A program made the translations under genes and the position numbers. A model generated the notes under the pieces. That model did not search any database. It was not told the DNA's origin and was given only the letters and a program-made list of their open reading frames with translations. Below are positions 8,840 to 16,318 of a stretch of DNA of 64,000 bases, in pieces. Source of the DNA: a virus; the IMG/VR virus record IMGVR_UViG_3300027895_000001, positions 1 through 64,000 of that record; one strand, given 5' to 3'. Position 1 is the first letter of the stretch. Each line of letters starts with the position of its first letter.

Positions 8840-8963
8840 TGAGGCGCTTCTTGACCGCAGGGTCGCGTCTGGCGTTCAGCACCGCCTGCCGCCGCGCCCA
8901 CGGCGTGGTCGTGCCGTAGGGGCCGATGATCTCAGGTTCCTTGGTGTCGTTGTCGTCACTCAT
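8757..8963 (-). CDS. hypothetical small acidic protein
   Basis: ATG 8963 overlaps the helicase stop (ATGA 8960-8963). 68 aa. Confidence 0.5.
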   Translation of the reverse strand: MSDDNDTKEPEIIGPYGTTTPWARRQAVLNARRDPAVKKRLIDTFGEAHIRRDFPEIFIEDDSAPETK

Positions 8964-10273
8964 AGCCACGGGGATACCCTCCTGTCCGTCGCGCATTGTG
9001 TCACGTAGCGTTCTCGCTGTCCCACGACTCTGAGTCCGCCGAGCGTCCGGCATCGGCTCATGGCGACGTAGAGCATCGCAGGCTGGCCGAAGAAGTGATC
9101 GCGGATGTCAATCTGCGCCCGGTCGAGCGAGATACCCTGCGACCGGTGCACCGTGGACGCATAGGCCAAGCGGACGGGCCAGTACTCTAGCTGGCCTTCT
9201 ACGAAGCGTCGTCTGTTAGGCATCCAGTGTGGCGACGGCAGCCATTCCCCGTGGCCGTTGGCGCGGTAGGCGGGCCATCCATCCGGCTTGCGCTTCTGTC
9301 CCACGTCGCGGATCACGCGCTCGACGCCTACCAGCTGGCCGTTGCGCACCAGCCGGACTTGCAGCGACGATCCGTACCACTCTTCGACGTGGCCTGTGTC
9401 TCCATTGGCGTACAACATGTCGCCCTCTTCGTCGTAAGAGTTCGACAGTAACATTACCAGTGCGCCCCGCTTGAGCGTCACCCGATCCGGCACCTGCTTC
9501 CATTCCCCCCGCTGCTTGCCCCAGCGGCGATTGCCGAGGGAGAACGTCGCGCCGGAAAGCCGATCCAGCGCCATCCCGTTATACCGATCCACCTGATCGT
9601 TCTTGGAGACGATGGTCGTGCCGTCGAACTGGATGTCGAGGGCAGAGTGCCACTCAAGGCCCTCCCGCGACAGCAACTCGGCGGCACCACCGCCATCTCC
9701 CACCCGTGTCAGGTTCAGCGCTTCGAGGAAGGGGCCTGCGTCCTGCCGCCACACCTTGGTGAGCCGCGTCGTGTGGGCGTCGAAGCGGTGCCACTCGTCG
9801 GACTCGAATGCCCATCGGGCCTTCACTGGCGGCAGTTGCGCGAAGTCTCCGACCAGCGTAAGGCCCAGTGGTGGCGCGGGGGACAGGAACGAATTGCACT
9901 CCAGCGCGGCGCGGACGAGGATCGACAGTTGATCGCCGTCCATCATCGACACCTCGTCGATCACGATCCGGCGGTAGTCGTCGCGCAGCTCCTTGAGCCG
10001 CCGGACGAGCGAGCCCTGGAGGTAGGCGTCGCGCAGGGAGTCGGTGTCGAAAAAACGCAAAAGCGCGTTCAGGGTAGTTGTGCCCAAATTAATTGCCGCA
10101 ATTCCTGTAGTTGCTGCAAGTATGCCAGACGTAGGGTCAGCAGCGATTCGCTCTCGCCACATCCACGTTTTCCCCGTTCCAGCAGCGCCCGAGGTAAATT
10201 CACAAGGCACTGTAGCTTCCTGAACGTTCACATCGTTTATGGTCTCGCTAGTTATATAAATATCGTCAGTCAT
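8960..10273 (-). CDS. PIF1/RecD-like superfamily 1 DNA helicase
   Basis: Walker A SGAAGTGKT, Walker B RRIVIDEVSM, and C-terminal YASTVHRSQGISLD (UvrD_C_2-like). The first ~70 codons (10060-10273) are visibly AT-richer than the rest. Confidence 0.85.
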   Translation of the reverse strand: MTDDIYITSETINDVNVQEATVPCEFTSGAAGTGKTWMWRERIAADPTSGILAATTGIAAINLGTTTLNALLRFFDTDSLRDAYLQGSLVRRLKELRDDYRRIVIDEVSMMDGDQLSILVRAALECNSFLSPAPPLGLTLVGDFAQLPPVKARWAFESDEWHRFDAHTTRLTKVWRQDAGPFLEALNLTRVGDGGGAAELLSREGLEWHSALDIQFDGTTIVSKNDQVDRYNGMALDRLSGATFSLGNRRWGKQRGEWKQVPDRVTLKRGALVMLLSNSYDEEGDMLYANGDTGHVEEWYGSSLQVRLVRNGQLVGVERVIRDVGQKRKPDGWPAYRANGHGEWLPSPHWMPNRRRFVEGQLEYWPVRLAYASTVHRSQGISLDRAQIDIRDHFFGQPAMLYVAMSRCRTLGGLRVVGQRERYVTQCATDRRVSPWL

Positions 10274-10857
10274 TGCGCTTTCCTTCGAGCGATGCCTGCT
10301 CTACGCCCTTCACTTATCATCATGCCCAATGCCGCTCCATTAGCACGAGCGGGGAATATCTTCATATAACGTAGAACGTCCTGACTTTCAGTCTTCTTGA
10401 CAATCAGATAGGGCATCAGTCGCAGCAATACCTTCTCAATTTCTGATCGCTTACTTATGTACAGAGAATTACAATCATCAGGACGAGCCGTGTATACGGC
10501 AGACTTTATCCCATTGGAAGCAAAGAAGGCTTGTATCCTTCGTAGTACAGCCAGACCTCGTGCATGGGACTGAGCGATACTAAAGTGAAATCCATATCCA
10601 CCACTAGTATTACCTCGCTTGATGATTATGGTTCCTTCACCATCGAAGAATCCCGCAACGTAGGCCCACGAGCCAGCGACGCCACAGGTAAACTCGCAGG
10701 GCACCTCAGGTTCCGATACCGCTGCTTCCACTTCGCCTTCCACGTCCAGTGATCGTAGGTCGCAGGAGTCGTCAGGCCTGCCCGCTTGCGCCGCGCCCAC
10801 TCCCGCGTTTCCTTCGCATGACATATCCGGCATATCCAGACGCGGCGTGTCTTCCAT
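10270..10857 (-). CDS. LAGLIDADG homing endonuclease fused in frame to a remnant of the helicase N-terminus
   Basis: LAGLIDADG motif YVAGFFDGEGT, preceded by EVPCEFTCGVAGS, which duplicates helicase residues VPCEFTSGAAGT. The stop overlaps the helicase ATG (ATGA 10270-10273). AAGGAG lies 9 nt before ATG 10857. Confidence 0.8.
   Translation of the reverse strand: MEDTPRLDMPDMSCEGNAGVGAAQAGRPDDSCDLRSLDVEGEVEAAVSEPEVPCEFTCGVAGSWAYVAGFFDGEGTIIIKRGNTSGGYGFHFSIAQSHARGLAVLRRIQAFFASNGIKSAVYTARPDDCNSLYISKRSEIEKVLLRLMPYLIVKKTESQDVLRYMKIFPARANGAALGMMISEGRRAGIARRKAQ
10669..10746 (-). pseudogene. stranded native 5' fragment of the helicase gene (up to the interrupted Walker A)
   Basis: DVEGEVEAAVSEPEVPCEFTCGVAGS aligns with helicase DVNVQEATVPCEFTSGAAGT. 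It is GC-rich, whereas the functional copy is AT-rich. Confidence 0.6.
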
Positions 10858-10906
10858 ACTAAGTTAGCTCCTTTGAGTAAGTGGCCCTGAGGACAACGGT
10901 CGGGCG

Positions 10907-11110
10907 CTAGAACCTCTCGTCGCGCCATGTGGCTCCACAGGACTGACATTCTATCCGGTCGCCCTTGACGACCAATACGTGTCCGGTAAGGCGACTGCAT
11001 CGGCCTTCTTTACCTGCTTGGGACAGGTCGGCAGTTCTCCCGCGATCCCAAGTCAGAGATGGCAGCTTTCTATACCTACCAGACAGTGATGGAACAGTAA
11101 CGGTGCTCAT
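10907..11110 (-). CDS. possible small zinc-ribbon protein
   Basis: Start at MSTVTV, with GGAGG 5 nt upstream. RCSRLTGHVLVVKGDRIECQSCG resembles the zinc ribbon found at the C-termini of the HNH proteins here. Confidence 0.45.
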   Translation of the reverse strand: MSTVTVPSLSGRYRKLPSLTWDRGRTADLSQAGKEGRCSRLTGHVLVVKGDRIECQSCGATWRDERF

Positions 11111-11280
11111 ATCATCCTCCATAATTACGACGAGGGACTCGGCAGGGTCGCTTTTCCCGGGTCGAAATCGCGTCGCCCCTCATCGCAGTGGCACCACACT
11201 TGGGGCAGCGGGTATGGGATTAGCCACGGTCCCGCTGCCGGTCGCGGACGGCTCGCCAGAGTGCCCACGACAACTCTAGC

Positions 11281-12036
11281 CTACTTGGCGTGCGCCGCCC
11301 CCGTCCCTCGCGTCGCCTGCGTCTCCTTGAGCGAGTAGGGAGCCACGATCCGAGCCTGCGCGCGCACCTGGCTCTTGCATGTCGGACACTGCACAATCGG
11401 GTCGTGCACGCCCGGCGTCTTGGTCGTGGGGAACCGGTGCATGCCTGCGAGAAAGGGTCGTGGAGACTTCTCGCCGTGCTTCTTGGCCGCCTCCTGACAC
11501 TGCTGGCACTCCGCCGACCACGCAGTCTCTAGGATCAGTTCCGGCTCCGACGCCAACACTGCAAGCAGCGCGTCCATGTATACCTTCTGCGAGCCCGACG
11601 CCGGCACCTTGCCGCCCAGCTTGCCGATCATCGTGGCCGCCTGTGACGTTCCCTTGCGCGCGTCCACGAGGGCCTTCACCCAGTAGTCGGTGAGCTTTAC
11701 GCCGTCGAACTCGCCACTGTGGTCGATGATCGAGTATTCGATGTTGGTAGCGAAGAACGGCGCGCCGTTGGCCATCTTGGCACGGCTGAATACGGCGTAG
11801 CGTTGCAGTTGGCCCTTGTCGTCCTTGATATCCACCTGCTTGGCCTTGGCGCGCCATTTCCCGTCCGGCAGCGGAGGCAGGACCGCATACGCGTCGGCTT
11901 CAGGGTTGATGGTGAGGATCTCCGACGTGAGGCGGGGGTCGTTGGGATCTACCAAGGTTGATGGATCGCCGCTCGTGGCTGCGGCTTGTTCCGCAGGCGC
12001 GTCAGCATACGTAACATCGCCGAAGCTACTAGACAT
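11281..12036 (-). CDS. DUF669-like protein, candidate phage ssDNA-binding protein
   Basis: LPPLPDGKWRAKAKQVDIK...beta-rich core resembles DUF669 proteins, which accompany Sak4-type ATPases. C-terminal CQQC...CPTC. The call is tentative. Confidence 0.45.
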   Translation of the reverse strand: MSSSFGDVTYADAPAEQAAATSGDPSTLVDPNDPRLTSEILTINPEADAYAVLPPLPDGKWRAKAKQVDIKDDKGQLQRYAVFSRAKMANGAPFFATNIEYSIIDHSGEFDGVKLTDYWVKALVDARKGTSQAATMIGKLGGKVPASGSQKVYMDALLAVLASEPELILETAWSAECQQCQEAAKKHGEKSPRPFLAGMHRFPTTKTPGVHDPIVQCPTCKSQVRAQARIVAPYSLKETQATRGTGAAHAK

Positions 12037-12055
12037 GATTGTTCTCCTTTTAGTG

Positions 12056-12262
12056 TTATAGATAGCGGTCCTTGATGTCCCGCAGATAGAACAGTTGCTT
12101 GGTGGTACAGTAGTTACAGTCTGTCATAGACTCGATAAAGTCCCTCTCTCGCTGCGACATTTGGTCGTTGAATTCTTCAAGCAGACGACAGATATGATGA
12201 GCCTCGCTAATACGAGACTGTTCATCACCACCAGATTCTGATGTAAGTGTGTGATAACTCAC
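12056..12262 (-). CDS. hypothetical small protein
   Basis: GTG 12262 overlaps the ATPase stop (GTGA). AT-rich; 68 aa. Confidence 0.5.
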   Translation of the reverse strand: MSYHTLTSESGGDEQSRISEAHHICRLLEEFNDQMSQRERDFIESMTDCNYCTTKQLFYLRDIKDRYL

Positions 12263-13281
12263 TTTACTACCTCTACAAGTGCGGGCTTCCCGCGACCGAG
12301 TTTCGCATCCGCGCGCTCCCGCCATCCTTTCAGTGAATCCGACTTGGCCGCCGCCAGCTCATCCAACGCGCGTAGGTACAGGTCGAATCCGTGCTCCGGC
12401 GTAGGCTCGAAGAATCCGCCGGGGAACTTCCTATCCAGTTCCCGCACCGCGCTATGGCTAACGCGTGGCTTCGCAGGGAAACACAGTCCGGTTACCGGGT
12501 CAGGATGCTTGCGGAAGTAGTAGCGGCAGTGCCGCTCGAACGTCTTGATATCTTCCTTCTCGCTCGGCTTCCCTCCCGGCCGATCAACGGTGGTCACCCG
12601 CTCCACCTGATAGTCCTGCGCGTGAATACAGTCGCCCACCCACGTGGGGATCAGCGGCGAGATCGCCTTGCCCGGCACCGCCACTCCCATGACGACCGTT
12701 CGGTCGCCCTCCTCCGTCTTTTTCTCGTGCCCAGTGAACAGGACGTAGGATACCGGCCACGATATAAAGTTCATAGTGAGGCCATAGAGCTGATTCTGCA
12801 CGAAGTTGTAGTGGCCACGGGAGTTGCCGGCGAACACTTCCTGGCGCACCTGGCCCTCGACGCGGATCGGCATCGAGAACGGAGTCGTACCCTCCTCGCC
12901 CGTCTTCAGGTTCTTATCGGCGACGTGACGCATCAGCATCGTGCCGATGGAGGTGAATCCCTCGACCGCGATCGCGCCCACGTCGGACCAGTCCACGGGA
13001 CAGAAGTCCACGCGGCTTATATCCGTCTCCTCAGGGTTGCGTGGCCAATACCCTTGCGACACCTTGCGCAGGATCGGGAGCGGGATCGTGGCCGTGTCGC
13101 AGCGGTAGGGCCGGATCATACCCGCGTCAATCTCCTCCTGCACCGGCTTCCAGCCGCCACCGTCAGCCGAGAACAGGAGCGTGGCCTTGCCTGTCTTCTC
13201 GGCGATGTAGCGCGCGAGGTGGGCGATGGCGGTCGTCTTAAAGGTGTCCGTCTCGCCGTAGATGACGCCTGAGTCAGCCAT
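12259..13281 (-). CDS. P-loop ATPase, Sak4/AAA_24-like recombination-associated protein (non-canonical Walker A)
   Basis: VIYGETDTFKTT (Walker A-like, with the second Gly replaced), GAIAVEGFTS (Walker B-like). Start chosen at MADSG (13281), overlapping the upstream stop by 8 nt. Confidence 0.6.
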   Translation of the reverse strand: MADSGVIYGETDTFKTTAIAHLARYIAEKTGKATLLFSADGGGWKPVQEEIDAGMIRPYRCDTATIPLPILRKVSQGYWPRNPEETDISRVDFCPVDWSDVGAIAVEGFTSIGTMLMRHVADKNLKTGEEGTTPFSMPIRVEGQVRQEVFAGNSRGHYNFVQNQLYGLTMNFISWPVSYVLFTGHEKKTEEGDRTVVMGVAVPGKAISPLIPTWVGDCIHAQDYQVERVTTVDRPGGKPSEKEDIKTFERHCRYYFRKHPDPVTGLCFPAKPRVSHSAVRELDRKFPGGFFEPTPEHGFDLYLRALDELAAAKSDSLKGWRERADAKLGRGKPALVEVVK

Positions 13282-13543
13282 TCGACGCCGCCGATCCGGG
13301 GAACTCGGTCGCCTTCGATGACGCACCACCTGATGAGACAACCACATGCCCTGTCGTCGTCGACCCCTTGGCGTTCGTCTGCGGCTTGCGTGTCTTCGTG
13401 GCGTCCTTGGCGCGGAGCTTCGGCGCGGCCCGCTCCAGCAGCAGGTAGTCGGAGCCCTGACCCACGACGCGGGCGTCCTGCAGGTGAGTCTTGACTTCCT
13501 CGAACAGCGCTACTTTTACATACCTCGTCCGATGCTGTGCCAT
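13274..13543 (-). CDS. hypothetical protein
   Basis: 89-aa track ORF; AAAGGA lies 9 nt before the ATG; coupled to the downstream ATPase gene. Confidence 0.55.
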   Translation of the reverse strand: MAQHRTRYVKVALFEEVKTHLQDARVVGQGSDYLLLERAAPKLRAKDATKTRKPQTNAKGSTTTGHVVVSSGGASSKATEFPGSAASNG

Positions 13544-13546
13544 AAA

Positions 13547-13720
13547 TCATTGTCCTTTCTCTACCGTTCGCAGACCGCGCTCGATCAGCCACGCCGCTTG
13601 CGCCGACAACGACCGCTTGTCCCAGTGCGCCAGCGCGCGGATGCGCCGCAGGACTTCCAAGGGGAGGGCCACGTGAACCGTCTGTGTCTTGCCTTGTCCG
13701 TTGTTGTCTGCTTTTGTCAC
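13547..13720 (-). CDS. ribbon-helix-helix (CopG/Arc-like) transcriptional regulator, GTG start, probably leaderless
   Basis: Not in the ORF track (57 aa). VTKADNNGQGKTQTVHVALPLEVLRRIRALAHWDKRSLSAQAAWLIERGLRTVEKGQ fits the beta-strand, helix, helix pattern of RHH proteins. The promoter -10 ends 7 nt before the GTG. Confidence 0.6.
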   Translation of the reverse strand: MTKADNNGQGKTQTVHVALPLEVLRRIRALAHWDKRSLSAQAAWLIERGLRTVEKGQ

Positions 13721-13727
13721 GAGAGAA

Positions 13728-13757
13728 AACTTACTCCCACTGCTACACCTGTGTCAA
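13728..13757 (-). promoter_or_regulatory. sigma70-like promoter TTGACA-18-TAAGTT
   Basis: Minus strand reads ATTTCCCTTGACA CAGGTGTAGCAGTGGGAG TAAGTT TTCTCTC GTG. It shares ATTTCCCTTGACA with the promoter at 18822-18850. Confidence 0.5.
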
Positions 13758-13780
13758 GGGAAATCTACTTGGAGATAACT

Positions 13781-14152
13781 TTATTTTGTGTAGCCTCGAC
13801 CTGGGCTGGTCTCGGTACATCCGCTCGTACTCCCACATGAGGGACAGACGTATTCCTTAGGCTGCGGACTTGGCTGCATCGTGGCTCCGCAGAGCGTGCA
13901 ACTCGGACCTTTATAGGTTACGTTGGAAACATAGTTTGTCTGTTTGGCGTTCTCTGCTACGGAGCGAGACTCTACGTGTTGTTCGAGCCATTCTTCGTGA
14001 GCAATTACAACTTGAAGCGCGGCCACTAACTTGCGCCAGTAATCGTAGCTCCTTTCAGCAGTGTCAAGATCAGCTTCAGCCTTTTGGTATCTCTCCCTAG
14101 ACTGGTCCAGTCGCTCCTTAAGCCCAGCAGTAAATTCTTCCTGATTGAACAT
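13781..14152 (-). CDS. hypothetical coiled-coil protein with C-terminal zinc ribbon
   Basis: ATG 14152 is preceded by GAGGAG; the track start at 14179 is a GTG overlapping the upstream gene. CTLC...CPSC. Confidence 0.5.
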   Translation of the reverse strand: MFNQEEFTAGLKERLDQSRERYQKAEADLDTAERSYDYWRKLVAALQVVIAHEEWLEQHVESRSVAENAKQTNYVSNVTYKGPSCTLCGATMQPSPQPKEYVCPSCGSTSGCTETSPGRGYTK

Positions 14153-14162
14153 AGGCTCCTCT

Positions 14163-14420
14163 TCACCCACAGTAGACACACTGCACCTTGCCGGGACGCA
14201 CGACCTCCATACTCATTCGTCTGCATTCAGGGCACTTTCGTGACCACACTGATCCGAATCCGTCCTCAATTGTTTCGGCAGTCTCTGGCGGCGTGGCTGT
14301 GTCCTGTAGCGGAGCCGCAGCCCCAGCCAATCGGCCTGCTATTTCTTTTGCAAAAGCGACCGCTACAAGGCGGTTCAATTCATCAAGCACATCCTCTAGT
14401 GGTCGGTTAGTCATTGCCAT
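14163..14420 (-). CDS. hypothetical protein with C-terminal zinc ribbon
   Basis: Start at MAMTNRP (ATG 14420 or 14414, GGAG upstream), overlapping the upstream stop. CPEC...CVYC. Confidence 0.5.
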   Translation of the reverse strand: MAMTNRPLEDVLDELNRLVAVAFAKEIAGRLAGAAAPLQDTATPPETAETIEDGFGSVWSRKCPECRRMSMEVVRPGKVQCVYCG

Positions 14421-14865
14421 TCTCCGGTTGTGCCTGACACTCAACTCCATCGAATTCTGCCGATTCCCAACAGTGCTGGCACAGTCTGTGGGCGACATTT
14501 TCCCGAGCGCCGCAATTACTGCAAGCCTGACACTCAACTGGTTTAGCAGCCCTAGCCTCGACTAATGTCATCTCCGAGATTTGTACTTCTGGTGAGTGGG
14601 ACAGATGCGCCTCTACGTATTCCTCGGCCTCGTCTCGACTGGATGCAAGATACTGAGGAAATCCGCTGTTAAATACGATGAAAGCCTTGATCGCTAGTTG
14701 TGGCGACTGTTGGGTGGGTTGCTCCTGACACTGCGCGAGGATTTTTGCTTCGCACTGCTCAGAACTTACTGTTTGGCCGGCAGCAGTTCCCTTAAGAAAA
14801 TAGCAAGCGAGTTCAATAGCTGCCGCCCGGATTCCCTGCTTAGTAATCAAAAGCTGGTCACTCAT
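14407..14865 (-). CDS. hypothetical protein (Cys-rich C-terminus)
   Basis: ATG 14865 overlaps the upstream stop (ATGA 14862-14865). CQACSNC...CQHC. Confidence 0.55.
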   Translation of the reverse strand: MSDQLLITKQGIRAAAIELACYFLKGTAAGQTVSSEQCEAKILAQCQEQPTQQSPQLAIKAFIVFNSGFPQYLASSRDEAEEYVEAHLSHSPEVQISEMTLVEARAAKPVECQACSNCGARENVAHRLCQHCWESAEFDGVECQAQPENGND

Positions 14866-15152
14866 AATGGCATCCATTCTTGAGCCCTCGATTTTGCCCG
14901 CCGAAAGCCATTCTCTACACGGCTGAAGTTTCCGCCGCTCCAGTAAACAGAAAGCGCCCATAGATTGGTCGGCCTAATCGCCCCAAAGATGAAAGCCTGC
15001 GCCGTCGCAGTGACGCATTCGTAGCAGCGCGGGGCAATTCTTGTCCATTTGTGCTTAGTAGGCGTGAGTTGGTCACTTTTCATTGGCGATCTCCAACATA
15101 TTGAGCAGTGCCTGTGCCTGATTAGCCATCTTTGGATCATCCTTCTGTTCAC
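14862..15152 (-). CDS. hypothetical zinc-ribbon protein
   Basis: ATG 15152 overlaps the upstream stop (ATGA 15149-15152). CSIC...CYEC. Confidence 0.5.
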   Translation of the reverse strand: MNRRMIQRWLIRHRHCSICWRSPMKSDQLTPTKHKWTRIAPRCYECVTATAQAFIFGAIRPTNLWALSVYWSGGNFSRVENGFRRAKSRAQEWMPL

Positions 15153-15385
15153 CCATGCGGCGGGTTTCTTGGAGCTTGTGAATTAGCTTCTCTCGCTCCT
15201 CCCCAGCAAGGCTTTACCGTGAGTCCTTCCGGCACAATGAATCCCTTGCCAGTCCAGATGCAGGTTGCCTTGGATTCCAGATCGCCATACATCCACGGCT
15301 GCACAATGGCATCCGGTTTCCGCCAGTAGGAACTAAGCACGCCTACGGGGTGGATGCCGCCATAACAATCTGGACAGATCGACAT
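15149..15385 (-). CDS. hypothetical protein
   Basis: 78-aa track ORF, CPDC near the N-terminus, coupled to the downstream gene. Confidence 0.5.
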   Translation of the reverse strand: MSICPDCYGGIHPVGVLSSYWRKPDAIVQPWMYGDLESKATCIWTGKGFIVPEGLTVKPCWGGAREANSQAPRNPPHG

Positions 15386-15402
15386 AGGTCACCACTTTTT
15401 AC

Positions 15403-15666
15403 TTAATTGAGAACGAGGTTTAGTTTCACAATCGTATAATCATCCCGCTGCCAATGCAGATTAACCCTAGCTTTTTCAGCATAACGAAGGCTGTTTGTGA
15501 TGGCTCTTTCCGCTAAACTACGGGATACGAAGACGGATGGCTTAGGCGAGGACCAAAGAATACCCTTCGCATTACGTCGCATTGGTGCACCGGAGCCGTC
15601 GCAAACTATACAGAATTCCGCGAGCAAAATGCCGTTACTATCTAAATATTTAGACTCAGTTTTCAT
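15403..15666 (-). CDS. hypothetical protein
   Basis: 87-aa track ORF in the AT-rich block; no motif recognised. Confidence 0.5.
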   Translation of the reverse strand: MKTESKYLDSNGILLAEFCIVCDGSGAPMRRNAKGILWSSPKPSVFVSRSLAERAITNSLRYAEKARVNLHWQRDDYTIVKLNLVLN

Positions 15667-15698
15667 TGCTCACCATTCTCCTCACAAGACTCGGGATT

Positions 15699-15962
15699 TC
15701 AGCCCGGAATGTTGGGGTCGTCGATCGGATACGATCTCCCGTCACTGCCGATAACTAAATCCCCTACAAAACCGAGGCAGTTGCAAGCGCGTCCGGTGTC
15801 TGGCGGTTTGCCGGGAGCCTCGCAGTCATAACCTAAGCAGCGAAATTCCGCTGTTGGATCGGTTGGGGCGACATTCTTCGCATCATCCAACCTGTGCCAA
15901 TCGGACGAATGCCCGCAATGCTTGCATATATCAACTCGTGGTAGTAGATCTCCCATATTCAC
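15699..15962 (-). CDS. hypothetical Cys/His-rich protein
   Basis: CKHCGHSSDWH...CLGYDC...CNC. 87 aa. Confidence 0.55.
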   Translation of the reverse strand: MNMGDLLPRVDICKHCGHSSDWHRLDDAKNVAPTDPTAEFRCLGYDCEAPGKPPDTGRACNCLGFVGDLVIGSDGRSYPIDDPNIPG

Positions 15963-16318
15963 TATTCTCCTCTCAAGATCAAACCTTTATTGTCTACGTG
16001 TCCCCTCTCTGAAGCCGCCCGCGATACCGCGTCCTTCTCCGGCGTGTGATGCGACTCTACAAGCTCGACCTCAATCATAGGGATATATAGCTGATATTCC
16101 ATCAACCCAAATGTGATTCCCCAATAGGGATCGAAATGCAGGTCTATTATGGTGACTATCTCTCCTCGCAGGCTAGGCTTCGAGGAGCCATAAGGCTGAG
16201 CGTTATAGTCGCTGATGATTCGTACCTTACGACCCTTAACGATTGCTTTCGCTTGATCGTAGGCGGTCGTAGCCTCAGTGAACAAAAGACGTACCATGTC
16301 GAATGGTTCACGATTCAT
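15962..16318 (-). CDS. hypothetical protein
   Basis: 118-aa track ORF. Its start overlaps the upstream stop (ATGA 16315-16318), and its own stop overlaps the next gene's ATG by 1 nt. Confidence 0.55.
   Translation of the reverse strand: MNREPFDMVRLLFTEATTAYDQAKAIVKGRKVRIISDYNAQPYGSSKPSLRGEIVTIIDLHFDPYWGITFGLMEYQLYIPMIEVELVESHHTPEKDAVSRAASERGHVDNKGLILRGE

Noticed and set aside
10270-10857. Intein interpretation of the LAGLIDADG ORF inside the helicase P-loop
   Set aside because: A stop codon separates it from the helicase (ATGA overlap). There is no C-terminal His-Asn followed by Cys/Ser/Thr, and the N-terminal junction (CGVAGSW) does not look like intein block A. A free-standing endonuclease with duplicated flanks fits better.
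11123-11280. Small ORFs in the 158-nt gap after the DUF669-like gene (for example a CPKCG-containing frame)
   Set aside because: The CPKCG frame has no start codon after the preceding stop. The other frame (GTG start, 49 aa) is Pro-rich with no RBS. It is possibly more decayed sequence but is not supportable as a gene.
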